Below are positions 1-10,871 of a stretch of 64,000 nt of DNA, one piece after another. The position numbers and the translations under genes were made by a program. Origin of the DNA: Minisyncoccota bacterium. Its GTDB lineage: Bacteria; Patescibacteriota; Minisyncoccia; Phycocordibacterales; UBA5272. Each line of letters opens with the position of its first letter. Position 1 is the stretch's first letter. Location: contig JAGOQU010000002.1 of assembly GCA_018063165.1 (NCBI GenBank), positions 3,048-67,047 on the forward strand, in the 5' to 3' direction. The notes below the pieces were generated by a model. The model saw only the letters and a program-made list of their open reading frames with translations. It did no database searches and was not told the DNA's origin.

Positions 1-2
1 TC

Positions 3-1205
3 TTGCCAAGCATGGGAATACTTTCCATAGCAGAATGCGCAAAAAAAGAAGGGGCATCTGCACTCTATGTCCCAAAAGGAAATGTAGCAGAAGCATCTCT
101 TATAGAAGGACTTACTGTGTATGGGTGTTCTACATTAAAAGAACTAGTTCTTCATCTTGGTGGCACAATAGAAAACGTTACAGATATTGTTACAATAGAA
201 CCAGAAAAACATACACCACTCACATACATACACCCTGATTCTTTTTTAGATTTTAAAGATGTAAGAGGTCAAGAAACAGCTAAAAGAGCTCTTGAAATAG
301 CTGCAGCAGGTGGACACAATATAGCGCTTTATGGACCACCAGGAACAGGTAAAACAATGCTAGCACGAGCATTTACTGGAATACTTCCACCACTTACACA
401 TGATCAAGCAATAGAAGTAACACGTATACATTCAATAACTCACACAAAAACTGCTGTTATTACACACCCACCTTTTAGATCACCACATCACACCTCTTCA
501 TACGTTTCACTTGTTGGAGGTGGAAGTAGTCCAAGGCCAGGCGAAGTAACACTAGCTCATCAAGGTGTTTTATTTCTTGATGAATTTCCTGAATTTGATA
601 AAAAAGTGATCGAGTCATTACGAGAACCTCTTGAAGAAGGTTCGATTACGGTTTCTAGAGCAAAAGGAACATTTCTTTTTCCGGCTTCATGTACATTAAT
701 TGCTTCAATGAATCCTTGTCCTTGTGGATATATGGGGAGCAAATTAAAAAGGTGTGTTTGTAAAGCAGGGGATATAGATAAATATGCCAGAAAATTATCT
801 GGTCCTATTATGGATAGAATAGACATTTGGGTACCAGTACTTCATATTGATTACGATACGTTGTCACATGCTCGTATAGGTGAAAAAAGTGACACAGTAA
901 GAACTCGTGTAGCTCAAGCGAGAACTTTTGCACAAAAAAGATTTACAGAAGCAGGGGATTCACATATAACAAAAAATAAAGATATGAAAGCAAAAGATAT
1001 CGATACATATATACAACTGTCCGAACAAACACTCGCTCTCATGAAAAAACTTTCCACATCATATACATTATCTCCACGAGCGTATCACAGAGTGCTTAGA
1101 CTTGCGAGAACTATTGCAGATTTAAGACAGGGAACACATATAAATGAAGCAGATATTCTAGAAGCATTTCAATATAGACCAAAACTATACCAAGATAGAA
1201 TATAA
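3..1205 (+). CDS. comM: YifB/ComM-family AAA+ ATPase (Mg-chelatase ChlI-like), 5' partial at window edge
   Basis: Walker A 'GPPGTGKTM', Walker B 'LFLDEFPEF', zinc-ribbon-like CPCG...C..C, C-terminal Mg-chelatase-like region; ORF is open at the window start. Confidence 0.8.
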   Translation: MPSMGILSIAECAKKEGASALYVPKGNVAEASLIEGLTVYGCSTLKELVLHLGGTIENVTDIVTIEPEKHTPLTYIHPDSFLDFKDVRGQETAKRALEIAAAGGHNIALYGPPGTGKTMLARAFTGILPPLTHDQAIEVTRIHSITHTKTAVITHPPFRSPHHTSSYVSLVGGGSSPRPGEVTLAHQGVLFLDEFPEFDKKVIESLREPLEEGSITVSRAKGTFLFPASCTLIASMNPCPCGYMGSKLKRCVCKAGDIDKYARKLSGPIMDRIDIWVPVLHIDYDTLSHARIGEKSDTVRTRVAQARTFAQKRFTEAGDSHITKNKDMKAKDIDTYIQLSEQTLALMKKLSTSYTLSPRAYHRVLRLARTIADLRQGTHINEADILEAFQYRPKLYQDRI

Positions 1206-1244
1206 ATACAAGCGTACCCTTACGGGTACGCTTGTATTTATTTT
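1204..1244. terminator. Bidirectional intrinsic terminator between convergent comM and the M23 peptidase
   Basis: Perfect hairpin aaatacaagcgtaccc-ttac-gggtacgcttgtattt flanked by A/T runs. Confidence 0.6.
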
Positions 1245-1262
1245 AATTAGTACACACAAACA

Positions 1263-2273
1263 TTAAAACGGATTCTTTGCTCCACGAACCTCAAAGTGAA
1301 GATGTGGACCTGTTGATCGCCCCGTGTTTCCAAGCTCTCCGATTTGTTCACCCTGATCTACTTGTTGTCCATTTTTTACCCCAACAGAACGAAGGTGGGC
1401 ATACACTGTCTGCACCCCATTATCATGACTTATAATTATCATGTTTCCGTATCCACCATTATATCCACCAACTTTTGCAACAATAACACGACCGGATGCA
1501 GATGCAAGTATTGGTGTTCCTGGTGTTGACGCTATATCTACTCCGTTATGACCATGAATACCTTGAGTTCTTCTTCCACCTACAACAGGTCTAATAAGGA
1601 AGCCGGATGGTGCTGAGTATGAATATGTATTAAGTATTTTTGTTTTAACAACACCATTTTTACTTGTAGTTGTTTTTTGAGGTTGTGCAACCATAGCTAT
1701 TTCACCATCAGGAATAAGCAATGTATCTCCTACCGCCAAATCAGTACCTTCTGTAACACCATTAAATTTAGCAATATCTTCTTTGTCTGCTTTATATTTT
1801 TTTGCCAACGAGACAATACTATCACCCTTTTTTATAGTATGTTTAATTCCAGTCATCGGTAAAATAACAAGAACATCTCCAGGAGAAATACGTTCTGACT
1901 TCATGTCATTTGCCCACATAATTGTATTTTTTGAAACATTAAAAAGTTTTGCTACGGTAACTAACGTATCTCCTTTTTTAACCTCATATACACTAATTGT
2001 ATCTGAAACAGGGAAATCTATATCTTCAGTAGAAATACGAAGAGAGCCTGTTGTCGCTTGCATCATATCTAAGTCATCAGATGAGCTTTCTCCTTCAAAG
2101 ATGGTAGAAGCTTCAACTACAGTAGGTTTAAACACATTCATTGTCTGAGAACTAACAGATTCTACATCTTCTTCTATTTCTTCTTTTACAAAAATAGCTT
2201 TTACTTTGTCGGTAAAAGCAGAAAGAGCTCCAGCATGCGCCTGTGCTGAAGAAAGAAAGAAAACACTACACAT
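1263..2273 (-). CDS. M23-family metallopeptidase with two LysM domains and an N-terminal signal peptide
   Basis: M23 motifs 'HNGVDIAS...G' and 'GNTGRSTGPHLHFEV'; LysM-like 'YEVKKGDTLVTVAKLFNV' and 'HTIKKGDSIVSLAKKY'; N-terminal hydrophobic signal. Confidence 0.8.
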   Translation of the reverse strand: MCSVFFLSSAQAHAGALSAFTDKVKAIFVKEEIEEDVESVSSQTMNVFKPTVVEASTIFEGESSSDDLDMMQATTGSLRISTEDIDFPVSDTISVYEVKKGDTLVTVAKLFNVSKNTIMWANDMKSERISPGDVLVILPMTGIKHTIKKGDSIVSLAKKYKADKEDIAKFNGVTEGTDLAVGDTLLIPDGEIAMVAQPQKTTTSKNGVVKTKILNTYSYSAPSGFLIRPVVGGRRTQGIHGHNGVDIASTPGTPILASASGRVIVAKVGGYNGGYGNMIIISHDNGVQTVYAHLRSVGVKNGQQVDQGEQIGELGNTGRSTGPHLHFEVRGAKNPF

Positions 2274-2528
2274 AAGGAAAGCTGTATATGACGTTACAAA
2301 TAAACGTTTGTTTATATCTACTACTATAAAGAAGGGTATATATTAAAAATCTATTACGATGAGAACCATTTGTAATAAATTCAGATTCCCCGTGGAAAAA
2401 CCACTGGGGAGGTACTAGATAAGTATAGCAAAAAATAGTCCTAAAAACAACAAAAAGTCTTCAAAAATACTGTGGAGAAGTCTCTTAAAAGTCCTTTTAA
2501 ATAAAGTATACTGAAATTACGTTACTTT

Positions 2529-4295
2529 ATGGGTCAACCAATTATTTCCTATTCAAAAAAAGGCTACATTTCGCCTTACAATAATCTCAGTAATGAGCTT
2601 GAAAATGGTACAAAACCTAATAATATTGGCACTTTTTCTCCTTCACAACCAAAAAAAGCTACATATAACTCTTGGACAGAAGCTTACAAAGATGCACATT
2701 TGAACTATGAAAACACACTTAAAAACAACAGAACCGGTAATAAATCTGTAGGAAAAGGTGAAATAGGACAAACAAAAGGTGTTTCTCCTGATATTGATCC
2801 AACAGGTATTGCAAATGTTACAAAATTACGACAAATGGGTTTTACTCCTGAGCAGATTATTACCTACACTAAACTTATTAAGTTTAATAGTGACAGCGTA
2901 CAGGATTTTCTAAAAAATGAAGAAGATAACACATACGTAGAAAAACCAACTGTAGAAAATGTAACAAAAACAGGGTATACAGCAAAACTTGAGCAAAAAA
3001 AAGAGGATACCTCCAAATCTGTTTCTTTTGCTCAAAAATATCGCGATCATGCAATGAAAATTGCCACAAGAACAACAAAAACTGAAAACACACAAAACAA
3101 AAAAGAAGAAGAAACACTTCAAAAAGTAAAGGAATTTATTCCAGAAAATACACCTAGGCCACCTACAAATAAAATACTTCGCGGTAAAAGTACTTCAAAT
3201 ACAACAAACAAAAAAGTTATACAGGAACCTATTGCAATAAATAAAAACAAAACAGAAGAAATTAAAACAACAGACATCCCTAATCCAGAACTAACCTCAA
3301 CTTCATTAGATACTATTTCAACTAATGAAAACATACTTTTACAAAAAGTAGTAACTCCTGTTGTAACAATAGACACAATAAAAGAAGGTGTTAGTACAGA
3401 AGAAACAATACATTCTTCAGGAACTACAGAGAATGTAGAAATTCCTACTTCAGAAAAAATCGATAAAAACCCTTTAACTATTTCACTTAATAACCAAGAA
3501 GAAGTACCTAAACCTGCAACAAATCCATTCTTAAGAAGAATGTTTACTGAGATAAGAGATACAAAAAATCCTATATCACAATCACAAGCTGAAGAATCAC
3601 CTACAGTAAAACCAATTTCTGCACCTGAAGAAACTAAGACAGCGGTAGTTGAAGTCGGTACATCACCACTCAACACTGAAAAAGTGACCGTGCTTACTCC
3701 AAACTTAATAGAACAAACAGTAGGTCAAGAAACAAGGGAGGGGAAAGTTGCCATTGTTCTTGACGTTCTTGTCAAACAAAGACTAAATAATAGCGCGGCT
3801 ATGTCTGGACCTTCAGCTACCAGTGTAAAGATTGAAGATACAACAACTACAATTCTAGAACATGTCGCACATAAAGAAACAATAACTTGGAAAGACTCTT
3901 TACGAGGTAATGAGATGACACTTTCAATTGTTGAAGATTTACAACCATCTATAGAAAAAGATTTTATAACGAAATACGTTCCCTCATATGTAGATCCAAA
4001 CAATCCTTCTTCTTGGGCTTCTATTTCTAACTTTAGTATCTACGAAATTATTCACGGTGCTGAAGCTGTCTACGGACTTAGTGATCAATCACGATCAGAA
4101 ATTAGTCATCTCATAAAACATCTTGGAGCAATAGACCAAGCTACAGATATGTCACAAGATACAAAAAAATATGGAAATGATGGTTTTGCAACATATGAAG
4201 ACTATATACTAAGTAATCAAAAAATGACTATACACGATTATTATAATGAAGTACGTAGTAGGATAGCGTCAGCAGAAAAGAAAGAACATAATTAA
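2529..4295 (+). CDS. Hypothetical protein, 588 aa, Thr/Lys/Glu/Asn-rich low-complexity, no transmembrane segment
   Basis: Long ORF with a strongly biased composition (TTKTENTQNKKEEE, TSTSLDTISTNE); no recognisable catalytic motif. Confidence 0.45.
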   Translation: MGQPIISYSKKGYISPYNNLSNELENGTKPNNIGTFSPSQPKKATYNSWTEAYKDAHLNYENTLKNNRTGNKSVGKGEIGQTKGVSPDIDPTGIANVTKLRQMGFTPEQIITYTKLIKFNSDSVQDFLKNEEDNTYVEKPTVENVTKTGYTAKLEQKKEDTSKSVSFAQKYRDHAMKIATRTTKTENTQNKKEEETLQKVKEFIPENTPRPPTNKILRGKSTSNTTNKKVIQEPIAINKNKTEEIKTTDIPNPELTSTSLDTISTNENILLQKVVTPVVTIDTIKEGVSTEETIHSSGTTENVEIPTSEKIDKNPLTISLNNQEEVPKPATNPFLRRMFTEIRDTKNPISQSQAEESPTVKPISAPEETKTAVVEVGTSPLNTEKVTVLTPNLIEQTVGQETREGKVAIVLDVLVKQRLNNSAAMSGPSATSVKIEDTTTTILEHVAHKETITWKDSLRGNEMTLSIVEDLQPSIEKDFITKYVPSYVDPNNPSSWASISNFSIYEIIHGAEAVYGLSDQSRSEISHLIKHLGAIDQATDMSQDTKKYGNDGFATYEDYILSNQKMTIHDYYNEVRSRIASAEKKEHN

Positions 4296-4304
4296 TTCTT
4301 ATAT

Positions 4305-4601
4305 ATGGATTTTACAAAACTTTACAATGATTTACCAAAAGATTTCAATCTTATAAATCTAAACAATGAAGAGAAAGAAGAGATGCTTTTTGAAATTTCA
4401 AAAACTATACAAAAGCAATTCCTGCTTGATGTATATGATCTTCTTGGTAAAGATAAGTTTGATGCGCTTCAAGCATCAGCTCAAATGGGGGATGAATTTT
4501 ATATCACAACACTTAAACATTTACTTCCAAGCTATGAAGAAGTGTTTGTTACTGCACGAATGAAAATAGTAACAGCGTTTAATAAAAATATAGCATCTTA
4601 A
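4305..4601 (+). CDS. Hypothetical small protein (98 aa)
   Basis: ORF immediately downstream of the previous gene, followed by terminator hairpin aaagggcgaaacc-gaa-ggtttcgcccttttt at 4627-4657. Confidence 0.35.
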   Translation: MDFTKLYNDLPKDFNLINLNNEEKEEMLFEISKTIQKQFLLDVYDLLGKDKFDALQASAQMGDEFYITTLKHLLPSYEEVFVTARMKIVTAFNKNIAS

Positions 4602-4626
4602 ATACATACACTGTTATATATGTGGA

Positions 4627-4657
4627 AAAGGGCGAAACCGAAGGTTTCGCCCTTTTT
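4627..4657 (+). terminator. Intrinsic terminator
   Basis: GC-rich perfect hairpin followed by a T-run. Confidence 0.6.
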
Positions 4658-4710
4658 AATCACACACACCTCACACATATGAATGTATTAGATCTGCTAT
4701 ACTACATGCC

Positions 4711-6645
4711 ATGTCACACGCACATCTCAATGAAAAACAACAAGAAGCTGTTCTTTGCACCGAAGGTCCTCTTCTTATTATTGCAGGAGCTGGTGCAGGA
4801 AAAACAAAAACAATAACTGAAAGAATTGTTGAAATAATTAAAAAAGGAACAGATCCAAGATCAATACTTGCTGTAACATTTACCAACAAAGCAGCAAAAG
4901 AAATGCGTGAACGTATTATAGGTAGATTAGAAGAGGAACATATTATAGAAAAAGAAAATCCGTACCACCCAACACCTGTTATCAAAACATTCCACTCACT
5001 TGGTCTTATGATGCTTTCAGAATACGGCGAACGAATGGGGTTACTTCGTCATCCAACCATACTTGATTCATCTGATTCACTTTCAATTATAAAAAAAGCT
5101 GTCGAACAATTAGGAATAGATCCAAAAGTTAATGACCCTTCAAAAATAAGAAGTATTATAAGTAGAGAAAAAGGTGATTTCGTAAACCAGCAGGCATACA
5201 AACAAAAAGTAGCAACAGCACAAATGGATATAGTTGCTTCTGTATGGCATCTTTATGATGAAGAATTAAAACGACAAAAAGCAGTAGACTTTGACGACCT
5301 CATAGTTCGTGCTGTACACATGCTTGAAGAACATACTGACATACGCAAACAGTATCAAGAGCGTTTCGTATATGTTCATGTTGATGAATACCAAGATACA
5401 AATGGCGCACAATATGCTTTTGTAAAATTACTTGTTAATGAAAAAAATAATAATATTTGTGCGGTTGGTGATACAGACCAAAACATTTATAGCTGGAGAG
5501 GGGCAAACATTCGTAACATTATGAATTTTGAAAAAGATTTTCCAGGAACAAAAACCATACTCCTTGAAGAAAATTACAGATCAACGGGAAATATTCTTTC
5601 TCTAGCAAATACTGCGATTAAAAAAAATACAGTACGACAAGATAAAAATCTTTTTACTTCACAAGGAGTGGGGGACAAAATAGACGTCGTTCCGTGTTGG
5701 GATGAAGGTAGTGAGTCAGAATGGCTTGCAGAAAGATGTAAAACACTTATTCAAGAAGGACAGGATCCAAAAAATATAGCAGTATTATATCGTGCCAACT
5801 TTCAATCAAGAATTTTAGAAGAGGCTTTTATTAGAGCAAATGTTACATACAATTTACTTGGTACAAAATTCTTTGAACGTAAAGAAATAAAAGACGTTAT
5901 GAGTTATCTTCGTTCTGCGGTTAATAGGCTATCTCAAGCAGATCTAAGACGCGTATTTGAAACACCAAAAAGAGGTATAGGGAAAGTAACTGTGGCAAAA
6001 ATTTTTGCAGGGGAGGACATACCAACAAGTGCAAAACTAAAGATTCAAAAAGTGTATGACTTTTTAGATATGATTATGCTAAAACTAGAAACAGAACCAC
6101 TCTCACATGTAATACAGATGATTATTGTAGACAGTGGTATGGAAAAAGAAATGCTTGAAGGTTCAAGCGAAGACAAAGAACGACTCGAGAACGCACGAGA
6201 GCTTGTATCCCTCACACTTTCATACGATCATACAGAAGGAATCAATATACTTACAACATTCCTAGAAGAAACATCACTTCAATCAGATCAAGACAATGAT
6301 ACGAAAGAAAAAAACGGCGTAAGACTTATGACAATACATGCAAGTAAAGGACTTGAATTTGATCATGTGTTTGTGGTTGGACTAGAACAAGATCTTTTCC
6401 CACACAAAAATATAGGTAACCGTAAACGAAGCAAAGAAGAGGAAGAGGAGGAGAGGAGACTTTTTTATGTTGCTGTTACACGTGCCAGAAAGCATCTCTA
6501 TTTAAGTTACGCAGAATTACGTACTATCTTTGGACAAAAACAAATTAATGCTCCAAGTGAATTTTTAGAAGATGTACCCGAAGAGTCAAAAGAATTACAC
6601 GACTTATATTATAAACAAAACGGTGGAAGTATCGTATATATTTAA
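4711..6645 (+). CDS. pcrA: ATP-dependent DNA helicase, UvrD/PcrA family
   Basis: Motif I 'AGAGAGKTKTITERI', 'VDEYQDTN', 'TIHASKGLEFDHVFV', 'YVAVTRAR', spread over a UvrD-like length. Confidence 0.85.
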   Translation: MSHAHLNEKQQEAVLCTEGPLLIIAGAGAGKTKTITERIVEIIKKGTDPRSILAVTFTNKAAKEMRERIIGRLEEEHIIEKENPYHPTPVIKTFHSLGLMMLSEYGERMGLLRHPTILDSSDSLSIIKKAVEQLGIDPKVNDPSKIRSIISREKGDFVNQQAYKQKVATAQMDIVASVWHLYDEELKRQKAVDFDDLIVRAVHMLEEHTDIRKQYQERFVYVHVDEYQDTNGAQYAFVKLLVNEKNNNICAVGDTDQNIYSWRGANIRNIMNFEKDFPGTKTILLEENYRSTGNILSLANTAIKKNTVRQDKNLFTSQGVGDKIDVVPCWDEGSESEWLAERCKTLIQEGQDPKNIAVLYRANFQSRILEEAFIRANVTYNLLGTKFFERKEIKDVMSYLRSAVNRLSQADLRRVFETPKRGIGKVTVAKIFAGEDIPTSAKLKIQKVYDFLDMIMLKLETEPLSHVIQMIIVDSGMEKEMLEGSSEDKERLENARELVSLTLSYDHTEGINILTTFLEETSLQSDQDNDTKEKNGVRLMTIHASKGLEFDHVFVVGLEQDLFPHKNIGNRKRSKEEEEEERRLFYVAVTRARKHLYLSYAELRTIFGQKQINAPSEFLEDVPEESKELHDLYYKQNGGSIVYI

Positions 6646-6699
6646 AATAACAAGATAACAGATATTGATTTTTGTCAATATATATGCTATATTTACTAT

Positions 6700-7530
6700 A
6701 TGATATATCGTGCACCAAAAAAATCTCTCGGTCAAAACTTTCTTACTTCTATTCCTGCACGTATCGCTATAGTTAATGCCGGCAATCTAACAAAAGAAGA
6801 TACAGTTCTTGAAATAGGACCAGGAAGAGGATTCCTCACTAAAGGACTTTTAGAATCTGGTGCACGTGTACTAGCTCTTGAAAAAGATAGAGAGTTAATT
6901 CCTATACTTTCCGAAACTTTTTCAAAAGAAATACAAACAGGACAATTAACACTCGTAGAAGGTGATGTGCTCACTTTTTCTCTCGAAGAATATGTTTCTA
7001 GTCTACAAACAACCTCTAAGATTACAGCAAAAAACTACAAACTTATAGCAAATATTCCTTATTATATAACAGGAGCAATACTGTCAAAATATCTTTCTAG
7101 TACATGTCAGCCATCTCACATGGTTGTTCTTATTCAAAAAGAGGTTGCTGAACGTATTGTGGCACGAGACAAAAAAGAATCTATTCTTTCTCTTGCTGTA
7201 AAAGCATACGGTGATCCAAAAATTGTATATCGTGTTAACAAAGGTAGTTTTAATCCGATTCCATCAGTAGATAGCGCTGTACTTTCTATAGAAAATATTT
7301 CACGTATTAATTTTATAAACAAAACACATGAAGAAACTTTTTTTACACTTGTAAAAGCTGGCTTTGCACATAAAAGAAAATTTACCATTTCCAATATACG
7401 CCAAACATTTCCACATATTGATTGTATATCACTCTTTAATGAATATTCTCTTTCAGAAAAAATCCGTTCTGAAGATATATCTCTTGCTGTATGGCTTTCT
7501 TTATCGAAAAAAATAGCAACTATCCAATAG
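6700..7530 (+). CDS. rsmA: 16S rRNA (adenine1518/1519-N6)-dimethyltransferase RsmA/KsgA
   Basis: 'LGQNFL', SAM motif 'VLEIGPGRGFLT', 'NIPY' motif. Confidence 0.85.
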   Translation: MIYRAPKKSLGQNFLTSIPARIAIVNAGNLTKEDTVLEIGPGRGFLTKGLLESGARVLALEKDRELIPILSETFSKEIQTGQLTLVEGDVLTFSLEEYVSSLQTTSKITAKNYKLIANIPYYITGAILSKYLSSTCQPSHMVVLIQKEVAERIVARDKKESILSLAVKAYGDPKIVYRVNKGSFNPIPSVDSAVLSIENISRINFINKTHEETFFTLVKAGFAHKRKFTISNIRQTFPHIDCISLFNEYSLSEKIRSEDISLAVWLSLSKKIATIQ

Positions 7531-8431
7531 TTCTTCTGTGTAATGAACCACGTTTCCACACAACACCTTCAAGATGATAATGATTAAACGCAAGCATGAT
7601 TCCTATAACAACGAAAAAGAATGAGTGTGATAGTTGCAGTAAAAAAGATACAGTAATAGCAAACACTGGTAAAAATATGTATATATAGTTAGTTGGTATT
7701 CTAAAAAAAGAATATAGTACATTATCTCCATATTTTTTTTGATACAACATATCATGTGTACAATAAATACAAAATGCTGACACGTCGTGAATGAAACGAA
7801 TCATAATAATTCCAATAAGAGGGTACCCCATATACACCGCTATTGAAGCAAAAATAATCGCAATACTAGTACTTCGAGGATAACTTTTATCTCTAAAAAG
7901 ATACAAACTGCTTACAGTAAATACAGTAAGAAAAAGTATTCCTATACTTTTTAATATATAAGCTATGGAAGGATATATAAAAACACCCGATTCTCCACCT
8001 ACAGAAAGAGCTACGGATACCACAGCAAGCGTTCCTACAACACTCCAAAGTAAATACATTCTGGTGTGTTTTGTATATTTTTTACAAATACCAAGCTGTT
8101 GAGAGGCAACATGATACATTGTGTACACTACAAAAAAATAAATGAGGAGTGATGGTAAAAAAAGGATAAACAATAAAAATATTCCACTTGTAAAAAGAAG
8201 GCTTTTTTTGATTTCTTTAGCATAATACGTTATATATTCTTTATTACAATATGCAACATAGGACGCGACTATATGTGGCAATCCAGCCAAAATATAATAC
8301 CAAGCAATTTCATTAAATGTTTTTGGCATTATATGTTTAAACACCCCATGTAAGATAAAAAAATCTACAAGAACAACACCAAACACAGTAATAGCAATCA
8401 TATTAACCAACTTTAATTGTTGTTCTGGCAT
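7520..8431 (-). CDS. Polytopic membrane protein, unknown function
   Basis: 303-aa ORF with about 8 hydrophobic helices. Confidence 0.45.
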   Translation of the reverse strand: MPEQQLKLVNMIAITVFGVVLVDFFILHGVFKHIMPKTFNEIAWYYILAGLPHIVASYVAYCNKEYITYYAKEIKKSLLFTSGIFLLFILFLPSLLIYFFVVYTMYHVASQQLGICKKYTKHTRMYLLWSVVGTLAVVSVALSVGGESGVFIYPSIAYILKSIGILFLTVFTVSSLYLFRDKSYPRSTSIAIIFASIAVYMGYPLIGIIMIRFIHDVSAFCIYCTHDMLYQKKYGDNVLYSFFRIPTNYIYIFLPVFAITVSFLLQLSHSFFFVVIGIMLAFNHYHLEGVVWKRGSLHRRTIG

Positions 8432-8478
8432 ATATAGTTAAAAATATACTAAAAAATCATGATAAACTTGCTCTATAC

Positions 8479-9891
8479 ATGGTAGCAACAATTTTTGAAT
8501 ATAGCTATACAATACTAACTTTTTTTGGTGTTTGGTATACAGTACGAAAAACAATACATATAGATCACTCTCTCAAAAAAAAGATTTTTTCTTGGATACT
8601 ATTTGGATTTGTGTTCAATCTATACAGTCTTTCTTGGGTGTATACCGTGTATCCTGTTCTTTGGATGAAAGAGGGGGTATTACAATTATTAAGCATCACC
8701 ACCTTACTCACACTAAGTGCTTTTACTGCAAGTGTATCTTTTGGTGTTGTTGGTTATGCTATTCATAAACATTCAAAAGAATTACTAAAACCTTTTATTT
8801 TTGCCCTCTCTCTTGTTGTTGCAGAAATAGGAAGATCGTTATTATTATCAGCACTCTATTATGGTAGTGGATCGACTATAGGACTACACTGGACAGCTGG
8901 AACTATTGGTAATGCACTTTCTACAACACCTTTTATAGAATATGCATATTTTGGTGGTACCTTTATGTTAACGGGCGTATTAGGATACATTGTGTATTGT
9001 TTTCTTTCCATAAAAAATATACAGCAATATTACAAACATATTCTTACATTATCTATACTTCTTATAGGTATTCATTATTTACTTCCTGTACATGGACCAG
9101 AAAAGCCTATCTCTGTTGCTGTTATAACAACAAATTTTACCCACAACAGCACTATATCAAAAGAATATATTGATTTATTTTTTAAAGATCAAACAAAAAC
9201 ACTCACAACAATGACACAAAGTCTTATATCTTCTTCTCCAGACATTATTGTATATCCAGAAGACACAAGATACATAGAACATCTAAGCAAAAAAGAGAAA
9301 GCTAATCTTTTTTCTCTTTTTAAAGATACAATTTTTGTAGATAGTACAACATATAAAAAACAGGCAGGTTTATCTGTATATACATTACTTTATTCACCGT
9401 CACAAGAAAAAACCCCCGGGAGAGGTAAAAAGTTTCTTATGCTTTTCAATGAATATATTCCTGTTTTTTTTAACAAATTATTTACTATGTTTATTCATGC
9501 ATATGATTTTGAAAAATATAAAGAACAACATTCATATGAAATAGGTACAGGGAAACAAAGTATTTCTTTGAACGGTATACGTATCGGCACTATTATATGT
9601 TCTGAGATTTTATCTTTTAAAACAATGTCTTCACTTCTAGAAGAAAAGCCAGATATTCTTATCTATCAATCACATTTAAGTGTTTTTCATAACAATCCTT
9701 GGTTTGTTATGCATATGAGATCTTTTACAAAAATAACTTCGGCATATATGAGAACACCTCTTATAGGTAGCTCAAACGGATCTCCTTCTTTTGTTGTTTC
9801 TCCATACGGATCTATAGTTAACACAGATAGTACAGGTTTTAATACATCACTTTATAAAGTATCAAAAGAAGGGATTTATCTCATTAAATAG
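8479..9891 (+). CDS. Apolipoprotein N-acyltransferase (Lnt)-like: N-terminal polytopic region plus C-terminal CN-hydrolase-like domain
   Basis: Multiple N-terminal transmembrane helices; C-terminal region with 'PEDTRYIEH' (Glu), 'IGTIICSEIL' (Cys) reminiscent of the nitrilase E-K-C triad. Confidence 0.4.
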   Translation: MVATIFEYSYTILTFFGVWYTVRKTIHIDHSLKKKIFSWILFGFVFNLYSLSWVYTVYPVLWMKEGVLQLLSITTLLTLSAFTASVSFGVVGYAIHKHSKELLKPFIFALSLVVAEIGRSLLLSALYYGSGSTIGLHWTAGTIGNALSTTPFIEYAYFGGTFMLTGVLGYIVYCFLSIKNIQQYYKHILTLSILLIGIHYLLPVHGPEKPISVAVITTNFTHNSTISKEYIDLFFKDQTKTLTTMTQSLISSSPDIIVYPEDTRYIEHLSKKEKANLFSLFKDTIFVDSTTYKKQAGLSVYTLLYSPSQEKTPGRGKKFLMLFNEYIPVFFNKLFTMFIHAYDFEKYKEQHSYEIGTGKQSISLNGIRIGTIICSEILSFKTMSSLLEEKPDILIYQSHLSVFHNNPWFVMHMRSFTKITSAYMRTPLIGSSNGSPSFVVSPYGSIVNTDSTGFNTSLYKVSKEGIYLIK

Positions 9892-9937
9892 GGGACAAGT
9901 ATGCACCTTCATCTTTTTATACGTTATACTATACATC

Positions 9938-10861
9938 ATGGAAACAGAACACAAAAAAATACACGAGGCGTTTCTTGTCCTTTTTTTTATTATTTTTTTA
10001 GTTGGTATTAGTTTATTCTTACCCGCAAAATGGTTTGGGGTAAAAACAAAATCATACACACCACTAGATTTACAAAAAATATCGAAACCAAAGAATCTAA
10101 ACGAAGACTCAGACAACAACGGTATTCCCGATTGGAGAGATTTAGCACTTTCAACATTAAGCACTTCAACAAAAAATACCTTAGCCTCTCAAAAAGTTGA
10201 CCCTTTGATAAAGCAAAGATTAGAAGATCCTAAGAATATAACTGCTTCTTTTTCAAAAAATATGTATATAAATTCTTCATATGTACAAAAAAATGGCAAT
10301 ATCACTGAAGAAGAAAAGAAAAAAATTATTGCCGAAACTATGAAGCAAGAGATATCCAAAATAGTTATACAAGAATATAAAGTTAACGATCTTATAATAA
10401 CTAGTTCAGATTCCATTGAATCCAAAAAAAAGTATGGTAACGCGCTAGGTTCTCTCATAAAAAAAGCAACAGTTTATGAAATAGGAGGAGGCGATGTAGA
10501 GATTTTAAAAGTATATATAGAAAAAAAAGATACATCTCTATTACAAAACTTTACTGATAAAAAAGAGAATCTTGAAGGTCTTATTAAAACAATGCTAACA
10601 ATTCCTGTACCATATTCTGCAATTCCGTATCATTTGCTTGCTCTTAATAGAATTTCTGAATACAAAACAATACTCGAAGGTTTTGAGACAACTGATTCTG
10701 ATCCAGTTCGTTCGACGATTGCATTTAACATGTATTATCCAAATATCAAAGGACTATTTTTTGCTCTTAATAACATGAGAGACTACTTTAATATAGAAAA
10801 TGTTATCTTTAAAGAAAGTGAAGCTGGTTATGTTTTTACTTCAGGGTATACTATACAATAA
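9938..10861 (+). CDS. Bitopic membrane protein (single N-terminal TM + extracytoplasmic domain), possibly a VirB8/ConB-like T4SS component
   Basis: N-terminal TM 'LVLFFIIFLVGISLFL'; position at the head of the T4SS-like cluster; no sequence motif confirms VirB8. Confidence 0.35.
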   Translation: METEHKKIHEAFLVLFFIIFLVGISLFLPAKWFGVKTKSYTPLDLQKISKPKNLNEDSDNNGIPDWRDLALSTLSTSTKNTLASQKVDPLIKQRLEDPKNITASFSKNMYINSSYVQKNGNITEEEKKKIIAETMKQEISKIVIQEYKVNDLIITSSDSIESKKKYGNALGSLIKKATVYEIGGGDVEILKVYIEKKDTSLLQNFTDKKENLEGLIKTMLTIPVPYSAIPYHLLALNRISEYKTILEGFETTDSDPVRSTIAFNMYYPNIKGLFFALNNMRDYFNIENVIFKESEAGYVFTSGYTIQ

Positions 10862-10871
10862 TTACACTATT

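Noticed and set aside
35-238. Short overlapping ORFs inside larger genes (e.g. 35..238, 560..826, 2884..3122, 4366..4563, 25624..25821)
   Set aside because: They are embedded in or antisense to strongly supported long CDSs with recognisable domains. They have AT-rich, low-complexity translations typical of spurious frames.
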